DNA of 63,868 nucleotides, filler included, from Craspedostauros australis (taxonomy: Eukaryota), in NCBI GenBank assembly GCA_030167865.1. It is 21 parts of 21 records of this genome, joined end to end, with 100 filler letters (N's around TTAATTAATTAA, not from the genome) between each part and the next. Parts side by side here need not be neighbours in the genome. Positions count along the whole stretch, not along the records: positions 48,474 to 54,113 come from JALAGF010002022.1; positions 54,214 to 59,910 come from JALAGF010002023.1; positions 60,011 to 62,525 come from JALAGF010002024.1; 18 more parts are not named here. One strand, 5' to 3'. The position numbers were made by a program, and so were the translations under genes. Below the pieces are notes generated by a model, which had not been told where the DNA came from, did not search any database, and saw nothing but the letters and a program-made list of their open reading frames with translations. Numbering within the stretch: the first letter of the stretch is position 1; every line of letters begins with the position of its first letter. Shown one piece after another: positions 48,801 to 60,189 of the stretch.

Positions 48801-49957
48801 GAAAAACGTCATTATGGATATGGATACGCCACTACCGATGGAAAGTTGCGGGTCATTGTGGATCATGAAGCAGCAAGAATACGAGTAAGATTATTGCGAC
48901 CATCGTATAATAGCAGTTGCGCCAGGGCGCCGGTTCTGCGCTCTCCTTTGTCTTTGGAATCCACGCAGGCGAGACCCGGTGCAATGAATGGACTAACTTG
49001 TTTATTTGTGATGTGAGATTGCCACCAACACAAGAGGTATGCGAGTAAAACCGTCCGACTAACAGAAATGATGGTCCACAGAACGGATGATCTCGATTTG
49101 CCGTGGCTTCACTCCGGTGCCGACTCGTCCAAACGAAGCAAAAAGCAAGATCAAGGAGGGCAAACAATCCAAGTTCGGGTATAGATAGAATCGAATAGGG
49201 GAACGATGTGGTGGTTGCCGCGGATAGTTTTCATTGTCCACCTCAGCACAGCAGATACGTGTCCTCTCTGCATTGTCATCTTCTCCTCGTGAAAGCTACT
49301 GGAGAGAGTATTGGTGTGATGGCACGAACTGATCAAACCAGGATCCTGCACAGACACATTATACACAGATGCACCATACCATACATTCTGCACACGTATT
49401 ATACGAGCTAAAGACACAAGCCACCGGGTGTATGCCTTGGTCGTGATTTGTTCATACATCTTTGTCCATTCTGCTGCAAACGTGCATTGTGCCATCAATC
49501 ATCTTGGTCGTAACATCAGTATTTATGCACATCACAGTCTTCATTTGTTCGCTACATCTTTCAGTTTTGGTAGCAAAGGTGACGAAGGCAAGAGCAGAGC
49601 AAAGCAACCAGGTTGGTCTTCGAGTAGTGATCCTGCCCTTCGGCCACGCACACGGACGCGTTGAGCTGGTCACAACTCGCGTTCTCAGAACCCCAACAAT
49701 GATGTCGCCCACGAACAACGATGACCACCATCATGGAGAAACCGCACCAATCGCGAAAGCCACCCACGCGGAGCTCGATGCTGGGTCATCTCCTCACAAT
49801 TTCAAAAGACACCAACGAAGCAACGCAAACGCAAACGCAACTTCGCAGAAACCGTGCAGAACTTCACAGAAACCGTGCAGAAACTCCCAAGAAACCAAGA
49901 CACTCAAAGCCCATCATCGATAATCGCAAGCACCTCAGCAACATCACCACTACCAAC

Positions 49958-50617
49958 ATGTCCACTTCTACCAACGCTCGTCCCACCGCTTGCGGAAGCT
50001 CCCAGGCACAACCACCGGCCGACCTCATCTGCCCTTTGACAGGTCAACTCATGACACATCCAGTTGTCACTCGACATGGTATTCATTTCGAGAGAATTGC
50101 GATTCTCTCGTGGTTGGGTGCCGGGCATGTTCATCGCCCAATAACGCTCAGATCCCTTCGTTCCTGCGATCTCACATTCGACGAGGAACATCAAGCCAGG
50201 GTCCAAGCATGGATGTCCTCGCACGGACATCAACTCGCAGCAGCAGCAGAAGAGGACACCCAGACACGGACGCCCGAATGCTCCAACAGAATTCTCCCAG
50301 GGCACCACAGTGCAGAACAACATCAGCAACAAGAACAACGAGGACAGCCAGATGGAATGATGGTTTTCGATCCAACTCCTGCGGACGCTTCTGCGCCAAC
50401 CCACAAGCACGTCGCCATCGATCGATCATCGTCATGGACGACACCGGCAGCACCCAGCGTGCTGAATTCGTCCCAACTTGAATTCCGGTGCAGCCCATCC
50501 AGCGTTGCCTCGCGGTTTGTGTGGCAAGACCGTCCACTTGCATTTGATGGTCCCAAAATGACGGCGGGCGATCTGCTGGATGTCTTGGATGACGTCGATG
50601 ACATCCTCAACATGTGA
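49958..50617 (+). CDS. U-box domain protein
   Basis: PPADLICPLTGQLMTHPVVTRHGIHFERIAILSWL...PIT...L; ORF is open from 49721. Confidence 0.8.
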   Translation: MSTSTNARPTACGSSQAQPPADLICPLTGQLMTHPVVTRHGIHFERIAILSWLGAGHVHRPITLRSLRSCDLTFDEEHQARVQAWMSSHGHQLAAAAEEDTQTRTPECSNRILPGHHSAEQHQQQEQRGQPDGMMVFDPTPADASAPTHKHVAIDRSSSWTTPAAPSVLNSSQLEFRCSPSSVASRFVWQDRPLAFDGPKMTAGDLLDVLDDVDDILNM

Positions 50618-51057
50618 TGGGCCATCATCAAGACGGTAAAGTATGGCATGGTACTCGTCGGTGCCACCTCGACGCCAGCACACATACGTGTCCATACGAT
50701 CGGCTCAAAAACAAAGGAGGTCCGCGATTTTGGCGCTCTCTGCAGCTTTCGACGTGGGGATTTTGATACAGCGACATCATTACAATAGACAACATTTTTA
50801 CTCTACTAGTGCTCCCTCGTGCAACGGTTCTCCACAACCTGCGATGGCCTCAATGCTTTGGCAGACGGGCGCTAATTGAGTGGAGACCCAAAGGACAGAG
50901 TATGAGTAACCGTAGATCGATGTATTGTGCGGTATTGGAATCGTATTATGTGTAATATTATCTATTGCTGAATCACATTACAAGTACGTTGACTGTGCGC
51001 TGTATCATGTTCTATCTGTGGGTATTTGCAGTGGATTGGGACCAGCGAGGATGCCGC

Positions 51058-52059
51058 TCAGACGGATTGTTCTTGGCTGTTTGTCTGGGCTTCGATCTCG
51101 ACTCCAGCTTCAGCGTCCTCCTCCTGGCCTTCCTGCTCAGCAACGACCTTGTTGAGCTCCGCCTTTGCGTAGTAGGATGTCAAAGCGATGGCGCCGATGC
51201 CGAAGATGACACCCACGATCACCACGATGATTGTCACCGTGGAATCACCTCCGCTGCCGGCAGAATCGGCCAACGATCCAGCAGAAGCGCCGAGGAAGAC
51301 GTAGAGGATGGTGCCCGGAAGGATGGCGAACATGGCCCAGACGTACGACCAGAATCCGATGGCCGTGACGCCCGCGATGTAGTTGATGGCATTGAATGGG
51401 ATGATGGGTGACAGTCGCAGCAACGCCATGATGCGGAATCCCTTCTCCTCGAGCGCTGCATCCAGGGCCTTGAAGAGCGTGTACTTGCTCGTCAGGGTGT
51501 TGCTGACCCAGTCGCGCAGCAGGAAACGGCCCAGCAGGAACGATGCGATGGCTCCCACGCTTGCTCCGATGAAGACCGCGAGGCTGCCGACGAGAACACC
51601 CACTCCCAATCCAAAGGCGTTGGCAAAGACGAATCCTGCCCCGAGTGTGAGGATGGATCCTGGGACGAAGAAGATGGTCGCGAATGTGTACACCAACATG
51701 AAGGCGAAGAATCCTCCCGTCGGATTGTCCTCGATCCATTCCAGGAACGATTCCAAGCCATCGCGGATGTAGCTGGTGGTCAGCGAATCCGCGATGACGA
51801 ATACGACGAATCCGATCAAGAACAAGGCGATGATGACCTTCTTTGCGAAGTCGCCCTTGCTTGCGCTTTCCTCATCCGATGATGCCGACGACGAATCCGC
51901 GTCGGTATTGCTGTCGTTGTCGTTGTCGCTGCTGTTGCCGTTGTCATTGGCGTTGTTGGAGGCAGCGGGCTTTTCCGAATCCATGTGTCCGGATGCCATC
52001 TCAAGATCCTCTTGGTGCATGTTGGATGATGGTTGCTGCATTTGTTCCTGGTCTGTCAT
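51058..52059 (-). CDS. TVP38/TMEM64 family (SNARE-associated/VTT domain) membrane protein
   Basis: FFVPGSILTLGAGFVF, GAIASFLLGRFLLRDWV, LLRLSPIIPFNAINY, LPGTILYVFLG. Confidence 0.92.
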   Translation of the reverse strand: MTDQEQMQQPSSNMHQEDLEMASGHMDSEKPAASNNANDNGNSSDNDNDSNTDADSSSASSDEESASKGDFAKKVIIALFLIGFVVFVIADSLTTSYIRDGLESFLEWIEDNPTGGFFAFMLVYTFATIFFVPGSILTLGAGFVFANAFGLGVGVLVGSLAVFIGASVGAIASFLLGRFLLRDWVSNTLTSKYTLFKALDAALEEKGFRIMALLRLSPIIPFNAINYIAGVTAIGFWSYVWAMFAILPGTILYVFLGASAGSLADSAGSGGDSTVTIIVVIVGVIFGIGAIALTSYYAKAELNKVVAEQEGQEEDAEAGVEIEAQTNSQEQSV

Positions 52060-53684
52060 GTTGGTGTTGGTGTGAGTGTTAATGTTAATGTTGGATGTTG
52101 ATGATGTGAATTAGTGTGTTGTGGAGTTGCTTGGGTGCTGCAGTGTTGTGGTGTGATGATGTGATGGTGATGCGATTGCGATTGCAGTTGTTCTTTGATG
52201 TGGATTTGTTTTTATGAGATTGATCAGGCATGTTCCACCCTTGGACATGAGATCCAAAGTACAATAGGAGACACTCTCTCGCAAACCACAACGACCGATG
52301 GACACGGTATATCCGCACCATACCACACTCTTGTGGATCTGCAACGCCGATGGCACAACCCTGATGCTGCAATACAGCGCACGCGCGATCCACATCACAG
52401 GATGTTCTTGTCTGTGAGAGCGAAGATGCCCGAGACGTGAGGGAAACCTCACCGACGGCGATCTTTTTGTGGTTGGATGGTGCGCAGGCAGGAAGTTTGT
52501 TGTGTTCCTTGCGTTTTTGTGGGAACAGAAACCGCGCAAGCAACAAACAAGGAAGAAGAGAAAGACAATGAAACACGATCGATTCCCGCTTGTGATCATC
52601 GACGATGCGTCCAAGTCACGGGTACGACTCGAGGACAACTTCGATCAAATGGAGGTAAGCATGACTGAAATGGATTTGAACATGTTTCTGCCAGCGAAAA
52701 AGTGGCGGCCGAAATCAATCGATACAACTCGAGCGCACCCGTTGATGCAGCTGATCGTGAGGAGCTTTGGTACAGATGGGATGGGATGGCAAGAAATGGC
52801 GCGGACATCACATGTGGACACCTGCGAGCAAAAGTGGGGTATCATCGCCACGCTCTCTCCAGAGTAGCGAAGCTGTGATCTCCCAGCGATGATCATCGTT
52901 GCGACGGTGATCTACCACACAAGTACGCTGAACCAGCAGTAGTGGTTGGATGCTGTCCACATCAATCATCGTCGGGAACGCTTCAGCGGAACAAGAGGAG
53001 CTACTGCACGAGAGACGATGACACCTTGGGTGAGGGGACAGCAGTGTATCTATGTTGACCGCAGCGTGCGACTGTGCCGATGTGATTGGCGGTAGTCTTC
53101 CCGCGCAACATGAACACCGCCCAACACTCAAGCTGGTCGCGAATTCGTCAGTGAGTTGGCACATGCGTTCCCTCTGCGGTGATGCGTCCCCCAAACATTC
53201 CCGCAAGAAGCTGCTCGGCCAGCCCCATTGAACTCGAATATTCACCGCAGTACGCTCTTCAGTCTCGAATTGGTGTTCAGCTTTGCGGTATCAGTGGAAG
53301 AGATACCGCGTGCGCAAGTTTCATGAATGACGTCCGCATTGCATGGACGGAGGAACATGATACCCCCTGGAAGAGAATGAGACGCAGTCAGTTGATGCGG
53401 ATGTAGTCGAGCGCTCTGGAGGGCCGTGGAATGATTGGGAAGCCCGTCGCTTCCTGGGAAGACACTGCGCGGTTGGAATCGCATCATCCGGAACATGCCG
53501 ATGGTCAAATCTCCAATGGATCATTGCGCGTATTTTCCAGCAGTGTCCGTCCCCATACATTCATGTCTACCAATGCATTCATGTGTGATGGCAAATTCAT
53601 TTGTGCAAATTGACAGCGCAGATGCAAAACGTTGATGTGCTTATCAGAGCCTCGCTTCTTGTCTTTACGAAAGAACCATCGTAA

Positions 53685-54113
53685 TCACTCTTTGATTGCA
53701 TACGCGGTCGGCAGCCACACCTTGGCCGAACCTCGCACCAAGATATCGTCTTGCAATTTTGTCGGAGCGCCGACATCAGCTCTATCCTCCTGTTCTGCCA
53801 ACCCTCCGCGATCATCTGGGCTCAATACAGCCTCTACACCATCCCCGTTCTCATGCTGATCGTTTCCAGCCTCGATGATGTGAGATGTTTCACAACCCGT
53901 ATCGCCGTCTTCATCATCCGGCAGCACCCTACCATCCTCCAACCTCCGAACGGTAGTGGTACATTGGACCAGCAACCCACCACCAGGTGCACTCCGAAAC
54001 CGTTCGATATCGACGCGTCCGACCACGATATCACCAACATACGCTGGCTTGACAAAATCAAGAGATTGCTTCAAGTACACGGCGCCAGGCGCAAGATTCG
54101 CGAATATGCTGGA
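53685..54113 (-). CDS. MaoC-like hot-dog fold dehydratase, C-terminal part
   Basis: SSIFANLAPGAVYLKQSLDFVKPAYVGDIVVGRV...VRGSAKVWLP. Confidence 0.75.
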   Translation of the reverse strand, partial: SSIFANLAPGAVYLKQSLDFVKPAYVGDIVVGRVDIERFRSAPGGGLLVQCTTTVRRLEDGRVLPDDEDGDTGCETSHIIEAGNDQHENGDGVEAVLSPDDRGGLAEQEDRADVGAPTKLQDDILVRGSAKVWLPTAYAIKE

Positions 54114-54748
54114 NNNNNNNNNNNNNNNNNNNNNNNNNNNNNNNNNNNNNNNNNNNNTTAATTAATTAANNNNNNNNNNNNNNNNNNNNNNNNNNNNNNN
54201 NNNNNNNNNNNNNCATGATGGTGGCAGCCAAATTCCCAAGCAACATCAGCATGAAGAGCAACCGCAAGAAGGGTACCACCGCAAGTATCCGTAGTACTCG
54301 CAGCAACCACACTGGTAGTACCCGCCGCAGCAACCGCAGCAAGAGCAGTCACAGCGCCAACAGCAGCCGCAACAGGAAGAGCAACATGGCATACTACCAC
54401 GATGATGGTACCGATAGTGACAGCAGCATTTTGTCCGAGGTGAGCACCATCGCAGATGTCAATGAGCCAACAACCCCCAGCAATGACACCTTCTTCTCCT
54501 CCAATGAAGACTGATGAGCTCGAATGNCACAACACAGTAGCGAGCGCAGAATCTACAAATTAAGCCTGCGCTCATGACCCGAACGGCTGTCCACCACGAA
54601 ACAACCGTAACAATAATTAGCAGTAACAAATCACACACATTCCACAATCGTCTTGCCTGTGCGCCATTTTTCCGTATGCCCCTGTGACATGAAAAGTGAA
54701 CAACAACCAATTGATTGCATAGTGATGACACAATCCAAAGCAGACAGG

Positions 54749-55143
54749 ATGGTAAAGAAAGGTGCAGAGATCAAATTTGTGAGGGGATCTTACAAGGGGA
54801 AGCAGGGATGGGTTGATGACGAAAAAGCTGAAACAGGCCAAATGGTGTATGTGGTTGTGGACAATGGCGATGCCCCACCCACCAAGACCAGAGTGAAGAA
54901 GAACAGCATTGTAGAGAAGAAGATGGAGATTGCTCCAACCTCATATGCAGATGCAATGCTTCAGCAACATCCAGATATTGATGAACAGATGGACAAGATG
55001 TGTGAGATGTTTGCTCAGTGTGAGGGTTTGATCGCTGTGGTGATGAGGTCCTCAAGATCATCATCGACAAGGTCAAGAAAGCTGATGATACAAAGAAGAC
55101 AGCAGCGCACAAGGCAAGATTCCGCAAGGCCAACTTCAGTTGA
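54749..55143 (+). pseudogene. Small orphan gene with KOW-like N-terminus, frameshift ~55026
   Basis: KGAEIKFVRGSYKGKQGWV...LQQHPDIDEQM; the shifted frame continues DEVLKIIIDKV...KARFRKANFS*. Confidence 0.55.
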
Positions 55144-55263
55144 GACAGCAGGTCTGATTCTAGTGCACAACATTCATACAAAGAAAGAGAATAGCACACG
55201 GTCCGCCCCCTGTGTGGTTCAAGAATGAAGAACGCAGATAAATACCATATCCAAATAGCACGA

Positions 55264-56364
55264 TTACTTGAAAATCGAAGATGTAGCTGCCTTCTTCCTT
55301 CCTGCTTTGATCTTCCTGGTACCATGCTTCTCTGCTATCTTCCAGTACACAATGGTTGCTGTGAGTGGCTGTGATGTTTCATTCTCAGTTGGCTTGTACT
55401 GCATTGGTGCAAGGTGCACCTCCACTTCACTCGAGTCATCAGACAATACCGAATTGTCCAACACAACACCATCAGGGAAGATCAGCAGGTAGTAGTTCCA
55501 GGCGTTTGATTCATCTGCTTCAAGCTCAATATCAGTTGCTGTCATTGTGTTTGCAGTTGCGTTGCAAGATTCACTGGCCAAGAACTTGGCAGTGTCACAC
55601 ATGAAGAAGCTGCGTCTAGGCCCCTTGATCATCACACATCGATCGAGAAACTCTTCTTGATTGTCAGGAATGGATGCTGTCCATTCCTGCCAGTCTGGTG
55701 CCGCCACCTCTTTTCGGATGAGGAAGAGGTTTCGCTGGTGATCTTTGTGGGTTGCACCCTTGACATTGCTTATTTCGAAAGGAATGTTGAACGTGGGACG
55801 AGATGTGTTCACATTGACACGGAATGGGCGCCCCTTGGTCCCAAGTTCTGATGATTCCGTTGGTGCCTCATGTGTCCATTGTGGTGCATATGATGCAACT
55901 GATGGATCTGGTGAGAGGAATGAGTGAGTTGCAATGGTTGCTGATGGGAGAGATCATTGAGGGGTTGCAGGTGGGAGAGAGCGTTGAGGGGTAGCTGGCT
56001 CCTGTTGGTGCGGTCCTTTGGTTGGTGGTGGAGGACCGTCACTGTGGTTGCCTCTCACTTGCATGAAAGCAAACTTGGTGGTGATCTCTGTGCCCAACAT
56101 TGCTTGATCTGCTTCTTGTCTTGTTCTGTTGCCTGGTTGCACTACGAACCCAGCAAGAAGATTGAGGTAGCTCTTTGCAGGTCGGTCGAGGATATGGTTG
56201 AGCTTTCGTTGAAATGCTCTTCGCTGTACAGATCCACTAACTCCAAAGATGCTTGGTTCCCGATCGCATATGGATAAGAAGTTGACCTTCTTGCGGTTGA
56301 GCTCGGTTGCCTCCAGTGCTTGGAGTGGTTGTTTCACTTTGTAGGATCGAAGGGCTGTTGTCAT
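55264..56364 (-). pseudogene. Orphan family gene, paralog 1, single in-frame TGA at 55954-55956
   Basis: The two listed ORFs are in the same frame and align end to end with 57303-58550. Confidence 0.75.
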
Positions 56365-56490
56365 TGTGAGATTGTGACACAAGATGGAGGGAAACCACAC
56401 AACACCAACAGACTTGCAACGCCATTGATGTCCACGATGATCATGGGCAGTCATGTCAAGCAGAGGGATGTTCTCGCTGTGCCAAATGCA

Positions 56491-57273
56491 TGTCGAGATG
56501 TACATGTGAGTATATGTCGAGATGTACATGTATATGTGCATCGTTCACCCGCTATGCTCTCATATGCACTTGAATGGTACAACTGCATTCGTGTCGATAG
56601 TATACTGTAATTCATCAGAATTCCAGCGGAAATGGAATACACGAAAATGAGCAAGATTTCTGGAGGAAATTTGCAATCGACGATTTCTGAGAGAATTAGA
56701 AACATCGTCCGTCCATCCATCCATCAATGGAGACGTATGGTACCAAGCGAATCTCAAGGTACCTCCCAACTAAACCTGAGATGACGATATCATCTGACAG
56801 ACTGCTGCATCACCAATGGAACATGACATCTGGAGAGCAGAAGGACGCCTACTGACGTCGACATCTGTCTCCAGGTCAGAGCAGGAGGCGAAGATCCGAT
56901 GATCGAAGGACATCAAGATCATGGATACGAGAGGTGAAGTTCAAATAGTAAGTACTCATGGAGGAGGAGCCAGTAGTGAACAAACAGAGTATCGAATGCG
57001 GAGTACGCATCGAACGCAAAGTATCGTGTAGCACGAGTACACGATATTGAGAGAAAGAGAGAGAATACGAGTAGCAGCGAGAGAGCATCTCGCATTCCGA
57101 CTCCTAGTTGGAGACTGAATCTACGAGACAAGTCAAACGTGCCGAGAGCATCGGGCAAGAGAGAGGACACCAAGAGGATTGGAGTCTAAACGAAATGAAA
57201 TAGCAAACGAACGACTACCAACCAACACCATCTTCCACGATCGTAGGCATCCGAGATCCGGAACTTGCCAACA
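56491..57273 (+). mobile_element. Solo LTR, family A
   Basis: TGTCGAGATG...GGAACTTGCCAACA; homologous to 29004-29806 and 35110-35553. Confidence 0.78.
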
Positions 57274-57302
57274 TGTGGCCACTCCTTCCTTGTCATGAGT
57301 TC

Positions 57303-58550
57303 CTATGAGCTACCTCCTGCCAAACGGTTCATGTAGAAGCCAGCATTCTTCTTTTCCGCTTGCTTGGTGACACGACCGCCCTTATGCACCAACTTCCAGT
57401 AGATGGCACCACCATGGATTTTAAAATCGTTTGCGCCATCGCTCACGACCGCCTGCTGAACAGTGCAGAGAGTCTCAACTTCGTTGGAACCAGGAGCTGC
57501 AGTGAGAGCAAGATCAAAGGTAACATGAGGAGGGAAGATCACCAACCAGAAGGAGAACTTGCGATCTGGGGAGGACTTCACCTTGGCGATGGTTGAAGAG
57601 AGTGCAGTTGAAGCGGTTCCAGACATCGCATCATGCTCGTAGAAACCCTTGTCCTCGCACAGCCATGCGTTCACGCTGGGACCGCGAATCATCAATGCTC
57701 GATGACCAATACCTGGGATGTGCGTGGGGATTTCGGCGCTCCATGCTTCGATGTCCTGAACAGCAGTGGGGATGCGAACATGGAATCCGGCAAAGTTTCC
57801 GTTCGGGGTTCCCATGTCGTTGACAAAATCAACGAGAAATTCCCGATTGCGTTCTGGCAGGTCTGGGTCCACCGCGACGGTGTACGGATTGGTTGTGGTA
57901 CCGTCCTCCTTGTTCGCGAACACCACCGCGAATTTGTCTTTCTTCTCGTTGGTGGCGAATTCGTCAGAGACGGGCGAATCAGTTGACTCATTGGAGGTGG
58001 TTGCTGTTCGCTCTGGGAGCTCGATCTCCACTTGCGGCTTGGTTGGCGGAGGAGTGCCGAACACACGAAGCGGGCTTTTGAGGCCGTCACCAACTGTGAC
58101 TTTCATGGCGTTTGTTGGTGGTGGTGGTGGTAGTGTTGCTTGCTGTTGGCAGTGGGGAGTGGCATCAAGTTCGTGGAACGGCAAAGAATGTAGTGAGAGG
58201 TCATTGACATGATCGCAGAGGCTTGCAACAGAGGGATTGGCGTTGCGATGATTTATCGCTTCGCCAAGAGTACCTGACCCTGGCTGGATACTGTTTGAAT
58301 GCAAGAATGCCATGTAGCTGGGAATGCTCCTCCTCTTCAGATTCCCAAACGCCCAGCGGCTCTTGTTACGGAGGTCGTCACCAGGGGAGCCAAACACAGA
58401 AGGGTTCTTGTTGCAGACATCATCTGCAAACACGATGTCACTGCGCGCTTTGCCTGTTTGTTCGATGATGGATGCGATCTGTTGTCGCAGGAACTTACAT
58501 TGTTGTCTCTCGTTGAGATGCTGTGGCATGGTGATTCCAGATTGTGACAT
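57303..58550 (-). CDS. Orphan family gene, paralog 2 (intact ORF)
   Basis: Shares C...PS.FG..G...R, SY...L....QPG..T, W.A.IP, MI.GP, IFP and YWK with paralog 1. Confidence 0.75.
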   Translation of the reverse strand: MSQSGITMPQHLNERQQCKFLRQQIASIIEQTGKARSDIVFADDVCNKNPSVFGSPGDDLRNKSRWAFGNLKRRSIPSYMAFLHSNSIQPGSGTLGEAINHRNANPSVASLCDHVNDLSLHSLPFHELDATPHCQQQATLPPPPPTNAMKVTVGDGLKSPLRVFGTPPPTKPQVEIELPERTATTSNESTDSPVSDEFATNEKKDKFAVVFANKEDGTTTNPYTVAVDPDLPERNREFLVDFVNDMGTPNGNFAGFHVRIPTAVQDIEAWSAEIPTHIPGIGHRALMIRGPSVNAWLCEDKGFYEHDAMSGTASTALSSTIAKVKSSPDRKFSFWLVIFPPHVTFDLALTAAPGSNEVETLCTVQQAVVSDGANDFKIHGGAIYWKLVHKGGRVTKQAEKKNAGFYMNRLAGGSS

Positions 58551-59222
58551 GATGGTGCTCGGACTACAATTCTGAACCGAGGGATCACATTGCTGTACTA
58601 CATGCGCACTGATCGCTGTGTACCCCTGTGTCGGTGCCATGACAACACCATACACAACACCATGAACATCACATCCTCCTCGTCTTTCATGAGGAAAATC
58701 GATCTGTTTCTCTTTCGCAGGCTGCATCGAATTCAAACGACCAATGCTGTCATACGAAAGGATGCGCGCCTAGGTTGAAACATGGGTGTCAACAGAACGG
58801 TCCTGTATTGTTTTAAACTATGTAGATAGCAATGGCGGCACAATCAACTATGCGCGGGTCGACAGCTCTAGCTTCCTTTCATATGAAATGGCCGTTATTT
58901 CCCGTTGTTGGCAATAGCGCCAGTCGTGGATGCACCATCTAGACGAGCCGTAATTATCGTAGCGTAGGCTACGAAAAACTCAAACACGACTGAATTACAA
59001 CGGCGCCATCCAGCCACTGTATTGGCTTCTGTAGCTCTGCTCATGTATTGAGCACAAGGCACACCACCCCACCCGCCTAACAGGCGTTTTAAATGACAGT
59101 GCTTATGCAGCTTTTTGTGTGTATTTTACATGCGATGTTGGTTGTCATTGTAGAGTACTGTCTCTCTCGAGGAGGGTTGTCATTGTCATCATAACCCACA
59201 GAACATGCCCACAATTTGAGCT

Positions 59223-59750
59223 ATGGCAGGCAATCCGCCAAATTTCACGTGGCGCAACAGCGCTGCAAGCGCGATGATGAAAAACGATTTCGCCATCGGA
59301 GGGGTTTTCCACGACAACGACGTGTCACCTGGTGAGGCGTGGGCGTATTTCAGCATGTTGGAGCAGTTCAAAGTGTGTGGAATGACGCAGGCCGTCTTCC
59401 AGAAGTACTTCAAGACATTCCGCGCAAGAATCGAGAAACAATGAGAACGCTCGGCACGCGAAGAACGCGCCTTGGACAATGATCGCTCTCTTCATCCCGA
59501 ACAGCGACGCAACATTCAAGGCAGACCAGTGATGCACTTGTCTCCCGCCAAAAGGTTGCTCTCCCATGACATCAAAATGAAGAAGAACCTTCACATGACA
59601 CCATCTGAATTGCAGGCAAGTTGACCAGAGTATGTCTCTTTCGGTGCAACACAGTTCAAGCAGCACGTCTATCAGGAAGAGAAGCTGCAGAAGTTCAAAA
59701 ATCATCTCTCAATGCAGCGAAATAAGGCAGAGCACGTGACCAAAAAGTAA
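59223..59750 (+). pseudogene. Orphan gene with an internally duplicated ~60-aa domain and two in-frame TGA codons (59442, 59622)
   Basis: One frame from ATG to TAA; WRNSAASAMMKNDF... versus MHLSPAKRLLSHDI...S*PEY...FKQHVYQE. Confidence 0.6.
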
Positions 59751-60189
59751 GAAGCATCGAGTAGTAGATACTAGTAGTTGCATATTTGTTAGACTTGGTC
59801 TAGTGTAATTTTAGACGAACATGTCGCACGATTTGCCCACGAATGGAAATTGTGCTGTGTTTATGGAGTCGGGACTGTGTTGCTGCTGTTGGTTGTTGTT
59901 GTGCGTTTGGNNNNNNNNNNNNNNNNNNNNNNNNNNNNNNNNNNNNNNNNNNNNTTAATTAATTAANNNNNNNNNNNNNNNNNNNNNNNNNNNNNNNNNN
60001 NNNNNNNNNNCAAACCGAATCATCTTGAGATACGATCGACCAAGAGGTGCAGACAGCAGAAGAGAGAGAGATAGCTCAAGTAATCATAATTTTTTTTTGG
60101 AATTACATCATCAACAACAACCTCAATCGTATCAAGTACAAAATCAATCGTAGAAAAAAATACAACTTCAATCGTACGCCGGCATAAGG

